A stretch of DNA of 64,000 bases from Candidatus Latescibacterota bacterium (GCA_963667175.2 CAXXXF010000003.1:416001-480000); one strand, 5' to 3'. Positions 39,901 through 50,521 are shown, numbered from the stretch's first letter. The notes: generated from the letters alone by a model not told the origin. Numbers and translations: made by a program.

Positions 39901-40393
39901 TGTATTGTTCCACCGCGGCCATGGCGGCAGGAACGCCTTCACGCTCGATCAGATGAGGCACCTCGCCGCTCACGCATCCGGAGAGGCAGAGCAGGCCCTC
40001 CGAGTGTTCCCTTAACAGGTCCTTATCGATCCTGGGATGATAGTAGAACCCTTCCGTGTAACCGGCGGAGACCAGCTTGACGAGGTTGGCGTACCCGCGC
40101 GTGTTCTTCGCCAGCAGCACCAGATGGTTCGAACCGCTGGGGACGCCCCGGGCGGGCTTTTTTTCCAACCTGCTTCCGATCGCGCAATAGACCTCGCATC
40201 CGATAATCGGCTTGACGTCCACCGCTTTCATGGCGCGATAGAAGTCCACGGCGCCGAAGAGATTACCGTGGTCGGTAATGGCCGCCGCAGGCATCCCGTA
40301 TTCGGCGGCCCTCGCGGCGAGGCTGTCTATTTTGCAGGCGCCGTCCAGAAGGCTGTACATGCTGTGGCTATGGAGATGCACGAATTCGGCCAT
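36959..40393 (-). CDS. dnaE: DNA polymerase III alpha subunit
   Basis: FVHLHSHSMYSLLDGA, GPGRGS, PDIDIDF, KMDFLGL, YLKANYP; no intein seen. Confidence 0.96.
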   Translation of the reverse strand: MAEFVHLHSHSMYSLLDGACKIDSLAARAAEYGMPAAAITDHGNLFGAVDFYRAMKAVDVKPIIGCEVYCAIGSRLEKKPARGVPSGSNHLVLLAKNTRGYANLVKLVSAGYTEGFYYHPRIDKDLLREHSEGLLCLSGCVSGEVPHLIEREGVPAAMAAVEQYMDIFGEDYYLEIQRHGIDREPRINDGLIRIHSEMGVPLVATNDSHFLGADDHESHAVLVALQTGKTLKDPGRMCYPTNVYFKTADEMHTLFSDLPHAVERTLEIAEKVNMEFAFGNYLAPEFPLPAGFTTADEYLKHLARQGLERRFDTVPTEFRNRLEFELDLIVEMGLAGYFLIVWDYVKYAKEHGISVGPGRGSCAGSLVAYSLRITDLDPMKYNLLFERFLNPKRLSLPDIDIDFSDKKRDQVIRYVSDKYGENNVCQIITFGTLKAKAAIRDVGRVHDMPFGDVDRIAKLVPNDLKMTLDKAIQQVPELKEMADGSGGEAQLIRHARALEGLARHASVHAAAVIIAPDDLTKFVPLYKSPKDGKVTTQFDGPTCEDIGLLKMDFLGLKELSLADETVELIRTKEPEFDLTKIPEDDRKTLDLFGRGDTVGVFQFESPGMREYLVQLKPDCIDDVIAMNALYRPGPMQHIPNFIARKHGQQEVAYDHPKLEPILKETYGIMVYQEQVMQGVQVLAGFSLGQADILRDAMGKKKPEEMARQKDAFIAGCDSHGVDGKLAQKIFANIEVFAGYAFPKAHAAAYAVVAYRNAYLKANYPQEYMAASLNGEIGNIERMVVVIEECRRMKLEVLPPDVNTSYVNFEASETAIRMGMAAVRNVGRGAVEAIVSARETHGPFHSLFEFCERVDLRTVNRRAIESLIRAGAMDCLSGHRAQLLEGLDRALDAGQSAQAARQRRQISLFDMEVLADQTAVINNHVLPDEPEWTEPERLAHEKDMLGFYLSGHPLERYRTDLVALGIRSSQDAGKLPEGADVKLGGLISETRSHTDRNGRPMAFGAIEDLDGAMDLVVFPDAYERVKAAFVTDAMVVVQGRLSGRDGRQSLVVEEILAIEHARETLGDTLNVKLPAEMLDPEPLEQLKAMLEGHRGGCKVVLHLELGNGETKVIRSRALTVSPSDALFSEICAFLGERRAWVSQKS

Positions 40394-40547
40394 GGAGGGG
40401 CGCTCCGATTGCGCTGTTCGAGAGGGTCTTGTTCAGGAGAGAAACGCGCCGCCTGGGGAAAGCGGGGAACATCCGGGGGATAACCGCTAATCAGATTCGC
40501 GCGGGTGTCGTTGACGCGGCCGGCACGGGTTTCCCGGAAACGGAACC

Positions 40548-40576
40548 ATCTTAATTCGAGCCCGCCCAAAAGTCAA
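40548..40576 (-). promoter_or_regulatory. Sigma70-type promoter for dnaE
   Basis: TTGACT-17 bp-TAAGAT. Confidence 0.6.
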
Positions 40577-40734
40577 GCGGCAGATTGAGAGGACACTGGA
40601 CGGCCTGTACCTCGAACGGCGCGGGCACGCAAAAAGGCGTTTTCCGTTGAACTTTTAGCGCCTTTGGGTTATTTTATCCTGACTCCGGGAGTGGACGAGA
40701 CGACAGCCGTCCCGGATGGAGGTACCCGCGCTCT

Positions 40735-42015
40735 ATGACCGATTCCCTTGAAATCCAACCCCTGTGCCATCCCGTCGACGCAGACGTGACGGTACCCGGC
40801 TCCAAGTCGTACACCAATCGAGCGCTGTTGATCGCGGCGCTGGCCAATGGCCGGAGCCGCCTTACGGGCGCGCTCGAAAGCGACGACACGAGGGTTATGG
40901 GCGACGCGCTCTCAGCCCTCGGCGTCGACGTCCGGGTCGAAACCGACGACACATTCACTGTCCGGGGCGCGGACGGCCGCGTTCCCGGCTCGAACGCGAC
41001 ACTTTTCGTTGGGAACTCAGGAACCACCGCACGGTTTCTCACGGCCTACCTCGCCCTGGGTTATGGCACGTACACGCTGGAGGGAGCGCCGCGCATGAGA
41101 GAGCGGCCGATCCAGGACCTGATCGACGGTCTGGGACCGTTGGGGGTTCGCGCGCGGAGCCTGGCCGGAAACGGGTGCCCGCCCGTCGTCGTTGAAGGAT
41201 CCGGCCTTGAGGGCGGGCGCACCCGGATGCAGGGCGACCGTAGCAGCCAGTATCTCTCCGCCCTTCTCATGGTTGCGCCGTACGCGCGGAAGGACGTTGA
41301 GGTCCGCGTTGCCGGCAAGCTCGTATCCAGGCCCTACGTCGCCATGACCGTTCGAATCATGGGGGACTTCGGCGTCAGCGTCGTCGCGGAACCCGAAAAC
41401 GTCTTCCACGTGGAGGCGGGACAGCGATACGAAGCCGCCGATTACACCATCGAACCGGACGCCTCCAACGCATCCTATCTCTTCGCCGCGGCTGCGCTTA
41501 CAGGCGGCCGGATCAGGGTTCGCAACCTTTCCTCGCAGTCCGCGCAGGGGGACGTGGGATTCGTGGATGTACTGGAACGAATGGGCTGCGCCGTCAACTG
41601 CCGCCCCGATGGCATCGAAGTCCGGGGCCCCGAGAGGCTCTCCGGCATCGACGTCGACATGAACGCAATGCCCGACGTGGTCCAGACCACGTGCGCACTG
41701 GCGCCGTTTGCCTCCGGGCCGGTCACGGTGCGCAACGTCGGCAACCTGCGCATCAAGGAGACCGACCGCATCGCCGCGATCACTGCCGAACTGCTCAAAC
41801 TTGGCGTGCGCGTCGAGGCCCGGCCCGACGCGCTGACGGTCTATCCCGCCGAGCGCATCCATCCGGCCGAAATCGATACGTACGACGATCATCGGATGGC
41901 CATGAGCATGGCGTTGATCGGCCTGAAAGCGCCGGGCGTCGCCATACGGGATCCCGCCTGCGTCGGAAAGTCATTTCCGGCGTTCTTTCAATGTCTGGAC
42001 GCGCTCAGGCAATAG
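40735..42015 (+). CDS. aroA: 3-phosphoshikimate 1-carboxyvinyltransferase (EPSP synthase)
   Basis: PGSKSYTNRAL, GNSGTTARF, SSQYLS, LRIKETDRI, DDHRMAM. Confidence 0.96.
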   Translation: MTDSLEIQPLCHPVDADVTVPGSKSYTNRALLIAALANGRSRLTGALESDDTRVMGDALSALGVDVRVETDDTFTVRGADGRVPGSNATLFVGNSGTTARFLTAYLALGYGTYTLEGAPRMRERPIQDLIDGLGPLGVRARSLAGNGCPPVVVEGSGLEGGRTRMQGDRSSQYLSALLMVAPYARKDVEVRVAGKLVSRPYVAMTVRIMGDFGVSVVAEPENVFHVEAGQRYEAADYTIEPDASNASYLFAAAALTGGRIRVRNLSSQSAQGDVGFVDVLERMGCAVNCRPDGIEVRGPERLSGIDVDMNAMPDVVQTTCALAPFASGPVTVRNVGNLRIKETDRIAAITAELLKLGVRVEARPDALTVYPAERIHPAEIDTYDDHRMAMSMALIGLKAPGVAIRDPACVGKSFPAFFQCLDALRQ

Positions 42016-42042
42016 ACCCGCCAACTGCCTCGGATCGAGTTT

Positions 42043-42918
42043 CTACCGCCGCCGCGGTCTTCTCTTACCCTTCGCTTTATTTTCGCGGCGTGTCCGCTCG
42101 CGCTCCAGGATTCTTTTCTTTATCACCCGAAACGCGAGGGTATCCCTGGTCAAGCCCGCTTTGGAGGGCAGTTCTCGGATCTGAAACCGCACGTTCTCCG
42201 CCCGCTCCCGGCTGGCAGGATGGCTGGAAAGCCAACGCTCCAGCTGTCCGGGTTCTTTCTTCCGCATCGCCATCAGCTTCTCGAAAAACGTGGCCGATCC
42301 CTCCGGATCGATCCCCGCCGCGTACGTTGCTTCCACGGCGAACCCGTCGGCTTCCCGTTCGGCGTCTCGCCCGTATTTCAACAGTCCTACACCCGTGAAA
42401 ATGCCGGCGATCTTCCTGAGCGCCCGACGCTGCAATGACGCGTCCTTTCCTCCAATGGTCGCGTCCAGGATTGCGGCCGCGCCGAACCTTATGCTGATTG
42501 CCCTGGCGCCGTGTTTGCCGTCCACGTGCCCGATTTCATGTGCGATGACCCCCGCAAGCTCCGATTCGTTCTCTGCCGTTGTAATCAGTCCACGGTTGAC
42601 GTACAGCCAGCCGCCGGGCAACGCAAATGCGTTGACTTCATCCGTATCCACGACCTTGAAGTGGTACTTCAGATCCGAACGGTGTGAGTGCCGCGCCAGC
42701 CTCTGGCCGAGCCGGTTGACGTACGCGGCGACAAGGTAGTCCTTATAGAGCTTGAGGTCCCGCTCAATGTCCCGCGCAGCATGCCGGCCGATCTCGACTT
42801 CCTGTTCAGTACTCAATATATTGATTCGGCCCACCGCCGCGCAGGACGTCATTGCGCCAAACAGGCACACGGCGATCAGCGAACGCACGTATGGGTTTCG
42901 CATCATTGCCAGGACCAC
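42043..42918 (-). CDS. M48-family metallopeptidase (lipoprotein)
   Basis: NAFALPGG, AHEIGH, EREAD, SSHP; lipobox MTSC. Confidence 0.9.
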   Translation of the reverse strand: MVLAMMRNPYVRSLIAVCLFGAMTSCAAVGRINILSTEQEVEIGRHAARDIERDLKLYKDYLVAAYVNRLGQRLARHSHRSDLKYHFKVVDTDEVNAFALPGGWLYVNRGLITTAENESELAGVIAHEIGHVDGKHGARAISIRFGAAAILDATIGGKDASLQRRALRKIAGIFTGVGLLKYGRDAEREADGFAVEATYAAGIDPEGSATFFEKLMAMRKKEPGQLERWLSSHPASRERAENVRFQIRELPSKAGLTRDTLAFRVIKKRILERERTRRENKAKGKRRPRRR

Positions 42919-42941
42919 CTTTCACGATACGAGACGGGCCG

Positions 42942-43847
42942 TCATCCACCGGTCTCGATGCGCAGCGTCCCCCGGTTTCCATCCACAACAGCCGGGAGTC
43001 CGATTGGCAGCACCCGGCGTCCCGCCGTGTGTCCATACGGGAGCCCGCAGAAGACCGGCGCTGCAACCGAATTCGAAAAATCCCTTAGAACGTCGTCCAC
43101 GGCGCCTTCCTCCGCCCGTTCGGGATCGCAGCCTTCGAACTGCCCGAATACCACACCGGCCGCGCGGTCGAAGAAACCCGCCATCCGCAGCTGCGCCAGC
43201 ATGCGGTCCACGCGATACGGGGCCTCGTTCACGTCTTCCAGAAAGAGCAGAGCGCCGCTTGTAACCGGCAAATACCCGGTGCCCGCGAGTGAGGCGACCA
43301 CCGAGAGACAGCCGCCCATCAACGTCCCTTCCGCGGTTTGCCCCCGAAGCGGCTCGACACCGGTGATTGCGTCGAAGCGCCCGGCGGTGAGCGCGTTCCA
43401 CAGCGAGGTCTCGGTTGCTTCCGGCATTCCCGAGTCGGAAACGTCTCCGCACAGCGTCACGCCTGTATAACTCACCATTTCGGTGCGACTGAAGATTCCC
43501 AGTTGTAGCGCGGTCGTATCGCTGAACCCCACCAACGGCTTCGGATATCTTCTGATTGCCGCATAGTCGAGAGACCCCAGCACCCGGGCGGACCCGAAAC
43601 CGCCGCGGGTCGCGAATATAGCCCGGACCTCCGGATCGGCGAACATACGATTCAAATCCGCCGCCCTGGCTGGGTCGTGCCCGGCCAGGTACCGGTCCCG
43701 ATCGTAGACCGCCGAGCCGACTCGCACACGATACCCCCGTTCGCGCAGGTACGCCAGGCCAGGACGCAGTCGTTCCCGTTCGAACGATCCGGATGGCGAT
43801 ACAATTCCAATCAGATCGCCAGGTCGAATACAGGGTGGTACCACCAA
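42942..43847 (-). CDS. S66 LD-carboxypeptidase
   Basis: TRGGFGS, GFSDTT, LFLEDVNE, PYGH triad motifs. Confidence 0.9.
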   Translation of the reverse strand: MVVPPCIRPGDLIGIVSPSGSFERERLRPGLAYLRERGYRVRVGSAVYDRDRYLAGHDPARAADLNRMFADPEVRAIFATRGGFGSARVLGSLDYAAIRRYPKPLVGFSDTTALQLGIFSRTEMVSYTGVTLCGDVSDSGMPEATETSLWNALTAGRFDAITGVEPLRGQTAEGTLMGGCLSVVASLAGTGYLPVTSGALLFLEDVNEAPYRVDRMLAQLRMAGFFDRAAGVVFGQFEGCDPERAEEGAVDDVLRDFSNSVAAPVFCGLPYGHTAGRRVLPIGLPAVVDGNRGTLRIETGG

Positions 43848-43905
43848 TAGACCTTCCCCTCTGCAGATCGGATGACGATGAAGGAGGCCGGCGCGCGTCG
43901 GCGTC

Positions 43906-45270
43906 TCAGGGTGCGAACGATGTCAAAATCCCGTTGGCAAATTCCGTTAACGTGTCGTCTCGCGCCCCCATGATCAGCACCCGGTCGCCAGACCGCGCCT
44001 CTTCCAAAAACCAGCGTGCGACGTCTTCCCGCTCGTCGAAAAACGCCGCATGAATACCCCGATCTGAAATCGCGTCGATCAGGTCCCGGGAAGAAATGTC
44101 GCGCACCGCTGTTCCGCCCGCGTAGAAAATTTCGGGCATCGCCAGCAAATCCCGTCTTTCGAGCCCTTCCGAGAATGCGGAGATCAGCCCGTCTCTGAGA
44201 AATCGCGTCGGCGCGAATCCGGTTGGCTGGAACATCACCAGCAACCGACCGGGTTGTTCCTTGAGCGTGGAGAGTGTGGCCGCAATCTTGTCGGGGTTGT
44301 GCGCGAAATCATCGATCACCGTTACACCGCCGGCCGCGCCCAGTACCTGCAGGCGCCGCCTGATGCCGGCAAAGGTGGCCAGCGCGTCGGCCGATTGCGA
44401 GACCGGCACGCCCAATGCGCTGCAGGCGGCTACGGCCGCGGCGGCATTCGAGACATTATGCCTGCCTGGCGCCATCAGGCGAAACACGACTTCATCGACC
44501 TCGAACGCCACGCCGTCCGGCAGCGGCCGGACCCGTTCCGCGCAGACCTGCGCACGCCGGTTGTCCACGCCAAAGCCGATCCCCGCCACTCCCAATGAAA
44601 CGGATGACTCACAGTCCATGTTGATGACGACCGCCCGGCGGGCTTTCCGCACGAATCCACGAAACATTTCGCACAGTTCCGGAAGCGGCTTGTGATCGTG
44701 AGAAATATTGGTCAGAACTGCAATAGAAGGCTCGTACAGGACAATCGTGCCGTCGCTTTCGTCCGCTTCAATCACCTGCAGGCCCGGATCGCCGCAGACG
44801 GCGTTCCCCGTCAGCGATGGCGACTCGTTCAGGAGGGAGCCCCCGAGAATAGCGGTAGGATTCCGGCCCACCCGCTTCAGAATGTGAGCGATCATGCCTG
44901 TAACGGTCGTTTTTCCGCTCGTGCCTCCGACGGCGATCCCTTCCGCCAGGTTGAACAGCTCCGCCAGCACCTCCGCGCGCTTTCGGACGGGAATCCGCAA
45001 ACGCAGCGCGGCCCGCACGTCGGGAACGTGTTCTTCCACGGCCGCCGACACGATCAGTTCTTCCACGGTTCTGTCCACGCCCGACCCATCCTGGGGAAAT
45101 AACGCGATGCCCTGCGCCCGGAGCTGCTCGAAGAGCTTCCGGTTCTGGCCGGCATCCCGGCTGCGGTCGGACCCGCGCACCGTGCGACCCTGGCGCCGCA
45201 GCACCTGCGCCAGCGCGCTCATCCCGCTTCCTCCGATCCCACAGAAAAAAACCGATTTCCCGGCCGTCAC
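43906..45270 (-). CDS. MurC/Mpl-family peptidoglycan ligase
   Basis: GIGGSGMSALA, GGTSGKTT, EADESDG, DDFAHNP; AGGAGG RBS; adjacent to the LD-carboxypeptidase. Confidence 0.88.
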   Translation of the reverse strand: MTAGKSVFFCGIGGSGMSALAQVLRRQGRTVRGSDRSRDAGQNRKLFEQLRAQGIALFPQDGSGVDRTVEELIVSAAVEEHVPDVRAALRLRIPVRKRAEVLAELFNLAEGIAVGGTSGKTTVTGMIAHILKRVGRNPTAILGGSLLNESPSLTGNAVCGDPGLQVIEADESDGTIVLYEPSIAVLTNISHDHKPLPELCEMFRGFVRKARRAVVINMDCESSVSLGVAGIGFGVDNRRAQVCAERVRPLPDGVAFEVDEVVFRLMAPGRHNVSNAAAAVAACSALGVPVSQSADALATFAGIRRRLQVLGAAGGVTVIDDFAHNPDKIAATLSTLKEQPGRLLVMFQPTGFAPTRFLRDGLISAFSEGLERRDLLAMPEIFYAGGTAVRDISSRDLIDAISDRGIHAAFFDEREDVARWFLEEARSGDRVLIMGARDDTLTEFANGILTSFAP

Positions 45271-45312
45271 GCCGCCTCCTTTCCCGCTGACGCAGAAACG
45301 CACGGTCCCACC

Positions 45313-45341
45313 ATACTAAAGACCGGCGTGCGGAATGTCAA
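45313..45341 (-). promoter_or_regulatory. Sigma70-type promoter (ligase operon)
   Basis: TTGACA-17 bp-TAGTAT. Confidence 0.65.
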
Positions 45342-45480
45342 GCGGACAGGAAAATCAAAGGGAATCCGAAACACGGGCCTCGCCGTCGCCGTTCAGCAGC
45401 CGGCAGCGTCGACCGGACCGTACGCCGGACGAAGGAATCTGCGCGTCGGTTTCCGGATTCGAATCGGAGGCCTTCTTCCA

Positions 45481-45509
45481 TTGACACACCGGCAGGGGTA
45501 CAGTATATT
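45481..45509 (+). promoter_or_regulatory. Sigma70-type promoter (divergent)
   Basis: TTGACA-17 bp-TATATT. Confidence 0.65.
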
Positions 45510-45570
45510 TCGACTTCTGGGTCTGAAGCGATTTTGGCAATACAACCTCCTATTATACAAGGAGTTCTAC

Positions 45571-46773
45571 ATGGGCGGCATGTTTCGTCACGTGCTGACC
45601 GACGTGGAACGGTCGCTCTGGACCGAATCCTGGTCCGTTGATGAGGACGCCCTGTCCCTCGGGACCGGATCCGCGTGGAGCGTGAGGAAGAAAACCCTTC
45701 AGGGGGGCCTGCAGGCGGGCATCGACCTTATTGAAGTGGACAACGGCGCCTTCTCATTCTCTATTGTGCCGACACGCGGCATGGGAATCTGGAAGGGCGT
45801 CTACCGGGGCATCCCGATCGGATGGGAATCGCCGGTCCGCGAATTGGTCCATCCCGCTCACGTAGACGCCAACGATCGGGGCGGACTCGGCTGGCTGAAG
45901 GGCTTCAACGAATGGATCGTTCGCTGCGGCCTGGAAAGCAACGGCGCGCCCACGAACGACGTGATCATCGACAATAACGGAAACGAAGCCACGGTATTCC
46001 TCCCGCTGCACGGAAAAATCGCAAACGTCCCGGCGCGCTACGTGGAGGTGTGCGTCGACCCGACCCCACCGCATCGCATCACGGTTACGGGCGTCGTCGA
46101 TGAGGCCATGATGTTCGGTCCCGCGCTGCGATTGACCACTCGTATTTCAACGGAACCAGGCGCAAACAGCTTGTCCATTTCGGACCGGATCACAAATCTC
46201 AACAACAGACCCGCCGAAATGCAGATGCTGTACCACTGCAACTACGGCCCCCCGTTGCTGGAAGAGGGCAGCGCCCTCGTGGCCCCCGCAAGGTCCGTAT
46301 CGCCAAGAGACGCCCGGGCGCAGAAGGACGTCTCCGCGTACGATAAATTCGGCGCCCCGGAACCCGGTTTCGTCGAACAGGTCTATTTTTACGAATTGGC
46401 GGGAAAGCGAGGCAGCGGTCAGACGGCGGTGCTGCTCAAGAACGCCAGCGGAGACCTGGGGTCCAGCCTGCACTGCTCGCTCAAGCAACTGCCCTGCTTT
46501 ACGCTCTGGAAGAACACGGCCGCAACCGAAGACGGATACGTCGCCGGTCTGGAACCGGCGACCAACTACCCGAATCCCAGACCGTTCGAGCGCCAGCATG
46601 GCCGTGTGGCCACACTGAAAGCCGGCGAGTCCCGTCGTATGGACCTTACGGTTGCCGTCCACGACAGCAGGAAAAAGGTCCGAGACGTGGAACGGGCCAT
46701 CGAGCAGATCCGGAAAACCGTGAAAACCGGAGTTTCCGGGACGCCCCTCAAGAGACTGTCCGATGCGGGGTAG
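45571..46773 (+). CDS. Aldose 1-epimerase-like (DUF4432-type) protein
   Basis: IVPTRGMGIW, CGLESNGAP, LHGKIAN, YHCNYG.PLL, YVAGLEPATNYPN. Confidence 0.85.
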   Translation: MGGMFRHVLTDVERSLWTESWSVDEDALSLGTGSAWSVRKKTLQGGLQAGIDLIEVDNGAFSFSIVPTRGMGIWKGVYRGIPIGWESPVRELVHPAHVDANDRGGLGWLKGFNEWIVRCGLESNGAPTNDVIIDNNGNEATVFLPLHGKIANVPARYVEVCVDPTPPHRITVTGVVDEAMMFGPALRLTTRISTEPGANSLSISDRITNLNNRPAEMQMLYHCNYGPPLLEEGSALVAPARSVSPRDARAQKDVSAYDKFGAPEPGFVEQVYFYELAGKRGSGQTAVLLKNASGDLGSSLHCSLKQLPCFTLWKNTAATEDGYVAGLEPATNYPNPRPFERQHGRVATLKAGESRRMDLTVAVHDSRKKVRDVERAIEQIRKTVKTGVSGTPLKRLSDAG

Positions 46774-46869
46774 AGCGGCCACGTACCTGCGTTTCAGGAT
46801 CGGCCCTCGGGCTGTCAGGGTGACTGCGCCGTCGGCATCCGCAAGCCGTATGACGGAATCATCGAAAGG

Positions 46870-49800
46870 ATGACATTCGTGATTTCCACGCCGACTTTTC
46901 AGGAACTCATTCTTCGCCTCGAGCGGTACTGGGCGGACCGGGGATGCGTCATCTGGCAGCCTTACAATGAAAAGGTGGGCGCCGGGACGATGAATCCCGC
47001 CACGGTCCTTCGAGTGCTCGGTCCCGAGTCCTGGAACGCGGCCTACGTTGAACCCAGCTTCCGTCCGGACGACGGACGATTCGGCGAGAACCCGAATCGG
47101 ATGCAGATGCACACGCAGTACCAGGTTGTTCTCAAGCCCGAGCCGGGCAACCCCCAGGAACTTTATCTGGATAGCCTGGAAGCGTTGGGCCTGGATCGGC
47201 GGCAGCACGACGTCCGTTTTGTGGAAGACAACTGGGCACAGCCCGCACTGGGCGCGTGGGGCCTGGGATGGGAGGTCTGGCTCGACGGACTGGAAATCAC
47301 CCAGTTCACCTATTTCCAGCAGGCCGGAGGCCTGCCCCTGGACCCGGTGCCGGTCGAAATCACCTACGGCATGGAACGTATCGCGATGTACGTGCAGGAC
47401 GTGAAGGAAGTCTGGCAGCTTCAATGGAACGAACAGGTCTCCTACGGCGACGTTCTCAGACAGCAGGAGGTGGAATACTGCAACTACGCGTTCCACTCCG
47501 CAAACGTGGAGCGCCTGCATACCATGTTCAAACTCTTCCATGACGAAGCCGAAGCCGCCATAGACCGGGGTCTTGTCATTCCCGCCCATGACTACGTGTT
47601 GCGGTGCTCTCACACCTTCAACCTGCTGGACACCCGGGGCGCCGTCGGCGTTACCGAGCGCGCGCGGTACTTCGCGCAGATCCGCGGCCTCGCCACACAG
47701 GTGGCCGAAGGGTTCGCCCGACAGCGCGAAGCATCCGGCCACCCTCTCAAAAGGAAGACCAGAGCCGCAACTGCGCCGAATTCGGGACCGGACGCTGAAC
47801 CGCTGGAGCGCGCCGACCTGCTCATGGAGATCGGATCCGAGGAACTACCGCCTCAAGACGTACGGTCGGGGATCGAACAGCTCGAAACGTCACTGCCCGA
47901 GCTTCTTCAGGAGCAGAGGCTGGGATATGAAGACGTCGATATCACCGGTACTCCCAGACGGCTTGTGGTCAACGTCAGGAATCTCGATGGCCGGCAGCCA
48001 GACCGCAAACGCGAAGTACGCGGACCGGCCGTGAAAGCCGCCTACGACGACGAAGGAAGCCCCACGCGCGCTCTCGAGGGGTTCTGTCGCGGCCAGGGCA
48101 TCTCTCCGGGATCGGTGGAACACAGGCAGGACGGCAAGGGCGTCGAATACGTCTACGCAATGCGTCACGAGCCCGGACGCCAAACACTGGAAATCCTGTC
48201 GGAACTCCTTCCCGGGCTGATTGACGGCCTGAACTTCCCGAAAACAATGCGTTGGGACTCCGACGGCTTCGCCTATCCCCGACCTCTGCGCTGGATTGTC
48301 GCCCTGTTTGGAAACCGGATTATCCCCTTCGCCCTCGCCCGGATCCGGAGTGGACGTACCAGCCATGGTCTGCGGTCCGCGGGCGATCCGCCCGTCCAAC
48401 TGAAGTCCGCCGCCGCCTATCGTCAAGAGATGAATGAAAGGGGACTGATCGTCGACCGCGACCGGCGAAGAGAGTCGATATGGAATCAGGTTCTCGAACA
48501 GGCGCGCGCGGTCGGCGGCAGCGTGAGGGAGGACCCCGAACTGCTCGATGAAGTCACGGACCTCGTCGAAGCGCCTTTCGCGCTTCGCGGCGGTTTCGAT
48601 GAAACCCACCTCGAACTGCCGCAGGAGGTCCTGATCAGCGTACTTGAGAAACACCAGCGCTGCTTCCCCATCGTACACCCGGAGACGGACCGGCTTCTGC
48701 CCTGGTTTGTCGCCGTATCCAACGGCAAGCCGGGGGATCCCGGCCCCGTCGTTCGCGGGAACGAAAGTGTCGTTCGCGCCAGATTTGCGGACGCCGCCTT
48801 CTTCTACAGGGAAGACGGCCGGAAAGCGCTGGAAGACTACCTGCCGCGTCTGGATACGCTCACCTACCAGGACGAACTCGGCTCCGTGAGGGACAAGAGC
48901 GCGCGAATCGAGCGGCTGATCGCTGCGGTCGCGTCCGATCTGGGACTGACAGAGAGCAGTACGAGCACGGCAGGGCGAGCGGCACGGCTTTGCAAAGCCG
49001 ATCTGGCCACCGGGATGGTCGTCGAGATGACGTCCCTTCAGGGCGTGATGGGCCGCTATTACGCGCTGGCTTCCGGTGAGTCCGACGCCGTTGCACACGC
49101 CATTGAAGAACACTACTTTCCGCGCTTTCCGGGCGATCTGCTGCCGGAGAGCGATTCCGGATTTGCGGTCTCCGTCGCCGACCGGCTGGACAGCCTGGCC
49201 GGCCTGTTCTGTGCCGGCATCAAGCCCCGGTCCACCGCCGACCCCTATGGGCTGAGGCGCGACGCGTTGGGCCTCCTCGCGCTGCTCATCGGGAAACGCT
49301 GCCACTTCTCCCTCAAGAAAGGCCTGGAGGCCGCGGCATCAAGGCTGCCTATCCGGATCGATGCGGATCGATTGAACGACGCATATACCTTCATCCTGCG
49401 CCGCCTTGGCGTACAACTGAAAGAGGAGGGCTTTCGCCACGACGTGGTCGAAGCGGCCCTTGGCGGCGGATGCGACGATCCTCTTGGCCTTCGCCACATT
49501 GTGGAAGGCCTCGATCGAATGGTCCGATCGGATCATTGGACGGAGACGCTTCATGCATACGCGCGCTGCAGGCGCATTGTCCGCGACCTGGATGAAGTCC
49601 ATCCCTTGAACGCAGACGCGGATCCGGCCCCCTCTTCCCGCAGCCTCTTTGAAAAGTGGCGGGACGCCCGGAACATGATGGATCGCTCCGATGCAAGGAT
49701 CGACACGTTGGAAAGCGTGCTTGCCGATCTGCGCGGACCCATTAACACCTTCTTCGACGAAGTCATGGTGATGGATGAAGATCCGGTCCTGCGGGCGGCA

Positions 49801-49875
49801 CGCCTGGCGCTGGTTCAGCGCATCGCCTCTCTCGCCGACGGCGTTGCGGACCTGAGCAGGCTGGAGGGGTTTTGA
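46870..49875 (+). CDS. glyQS: Glycine-tRNA ligase, fused alpha+beta subunits
   Basis: Alpha: [38 protein letters not shown]; continuous into beta: [29 protein letters not shown]. Confidence 0.93.
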   Translation: MTFVISTPTFQELILRLERYWADRGCVIWQPYNEKVGAGTMNPATVLRVLGPESWNAAYVEPSFRPDDGRFGENPNRMQMHTQYQVVLKPEPGNPQELYLDSLEALGLDRRQHDVRFVEDNWAQPALGAWGLGWEVWLDGLEITQFTYFQQAGGLPLDPVPVEITYGMERIAMYVQDVKEVWQLQWNEQVSYGDVLRQQEVEYCNYAFHSANVERLHTMFKLFHDEAEAAIDRGLVIPAHDYVLRCSHTFNLLDTRGAVGVTERARYFAQIRGLATQVAEGFARQREASGHPLKRKTRAATAPNSGPDAEPLERADLLMEIGSEELPPQDVRSGIEQLETSLPELLQEQRLGYEDVDITGTPRRLVVNVRNLDGRQPDRKREVRGPAVKAAYDDEGSPTRALEGFCRGQGISPGSVEHRQDGKGVEYVYAMRHEPGRQTLEILSELLPGLIDGLNFPKTMRWDSDGFAYPRPLRWIVALFGNRIIPFALARIRSGRTSHGLRSAGDPPVQLKSAAAYRQEMNERGLIVDRDRRRESIWNQVLEQARAVGGSVREDPELLDEVTDLVEAPFALRGGFDETHLELPQEVLISVLEKHQRCFPIVHPETDRLLPWFVAVSNGKPGDPGPVVRGNESVVRARFADAAFFYREDGRKALEDYLPRLDTLTYQDELGSVRDKSARIERLIAAVASDLGLTESSTSTAGRAARLCKADLATGMVVEMTSLQGVMGRYYALASGESDAVAHAIEEHYFPRFPGDLLPESDSGFAVSVADRLDSLAGLFCAGIKPRSTADPYGLRRDALGLLALLIGKRCHFSLKKGLEAAASRLPIRIDADRLNDAYTFILRRLGVQLKEEGFRHDVVEAALGGGCDDPLGLRHIVEGLDRMVRSDHWTETLHAYARCRRIVRDLDEVHPLNADADPAPSSRSLFEKWRDARNMMDRSDARIDTLESVLADLRGPINTFFDEVMVMDEDPVLRAARLALVQRIASLADGVADLSRLEGF

Positions 49876-49939
49876 GCCGGAACGCCGGCGGGTATTCGCC
49901 GGATCGAACCTCTCCGGAGACGCTTCCATTCTGGTTCGC

Positions 49940-50521
49940 ATGCGTATAATTACGGGAAAACTCAAGGGCCGGACCATCCCCTTCGACGTCGGGAAAAACG
50001 GAAACGCGCGCGTTACGCCGGGGAGGGTGAAAGAGGCCGCGTTCACGATACTGGGCGCCAGACTCGACCAACTTCACTTTCTCGATCTCTTTTCCTGTTC
50101 CGGACAGATCGGGCTCGAGGCGTACAGCCGCGGCGCCAGGGTGCTTCTGAACGAGCCGGATCGTCGCCGGCGCCGCTTTATTTCAAAGCTGCTGACGGAC
50201 TGGGGTGTGGAGCGACAGATCCGACTGTTGGGTCAGCCGGCGGAGACAATTCTGACGTTACTGGAGTCGGAAAAGCGGCACTTTGACGTGATTTACCTGG
50301 ATCCGCCGTACCGGCTGCAAATGGACGGGGCTCCGTTCGCCGTCGCCATCCTTACCCGTCTGAGCGGCTCGATGCTCGTTGCTCCGTCGGGCCATGTCCT
50401 CATCCAACACGTTGCGGACCTGGAGTTGCCCGTCTCCGTCGGGCCCTTTGCGTTGCGGGTACGGAAGAACTACGGCGGAACGTCATTATCCTTCTACCGG
50501 AAGGTGGTCGGCGGCGGATAA
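49940..50521 (+). CDS. rsmD: 16S rRNA (guanine966-N2)-methyltransferase RsmD family
   Basis: MRIITGKLKGR, RVKEAAF, FLDLFSCSG.IGLEAYSRGA, YLDPPY. Confidence 0.85.
   Translation: MRIITGKLKGRTIPFDVGKNGNARVTPGRVKEAAFTILGARLDQLHFLDLFSCSGQIGLEAYSRGARVLLNEPDRRRRRFISKLLTDWGVERQIRLLGQPAETILTLLESEKRHFDVIYLDPPYRLQMDGAPFAVAILTRLSGSMLVAPSGHVLIQHVADLELPVSVGPFALRVRKNYGGTSLSFYRKVVGGG

Noticed and set aside
36959-40393. Intein in dnaE
   Set aside because: Length of 1144 aa is normal and no intein boundary motifs are seen.
46147-49305. Long antisense ORFs (46147-47742, 47890-49305) and similar shadow ORFs elsewhere
   Set aside because: They lie opposite well-supported genes in GC-rich DNA and lack recognisable motifs.
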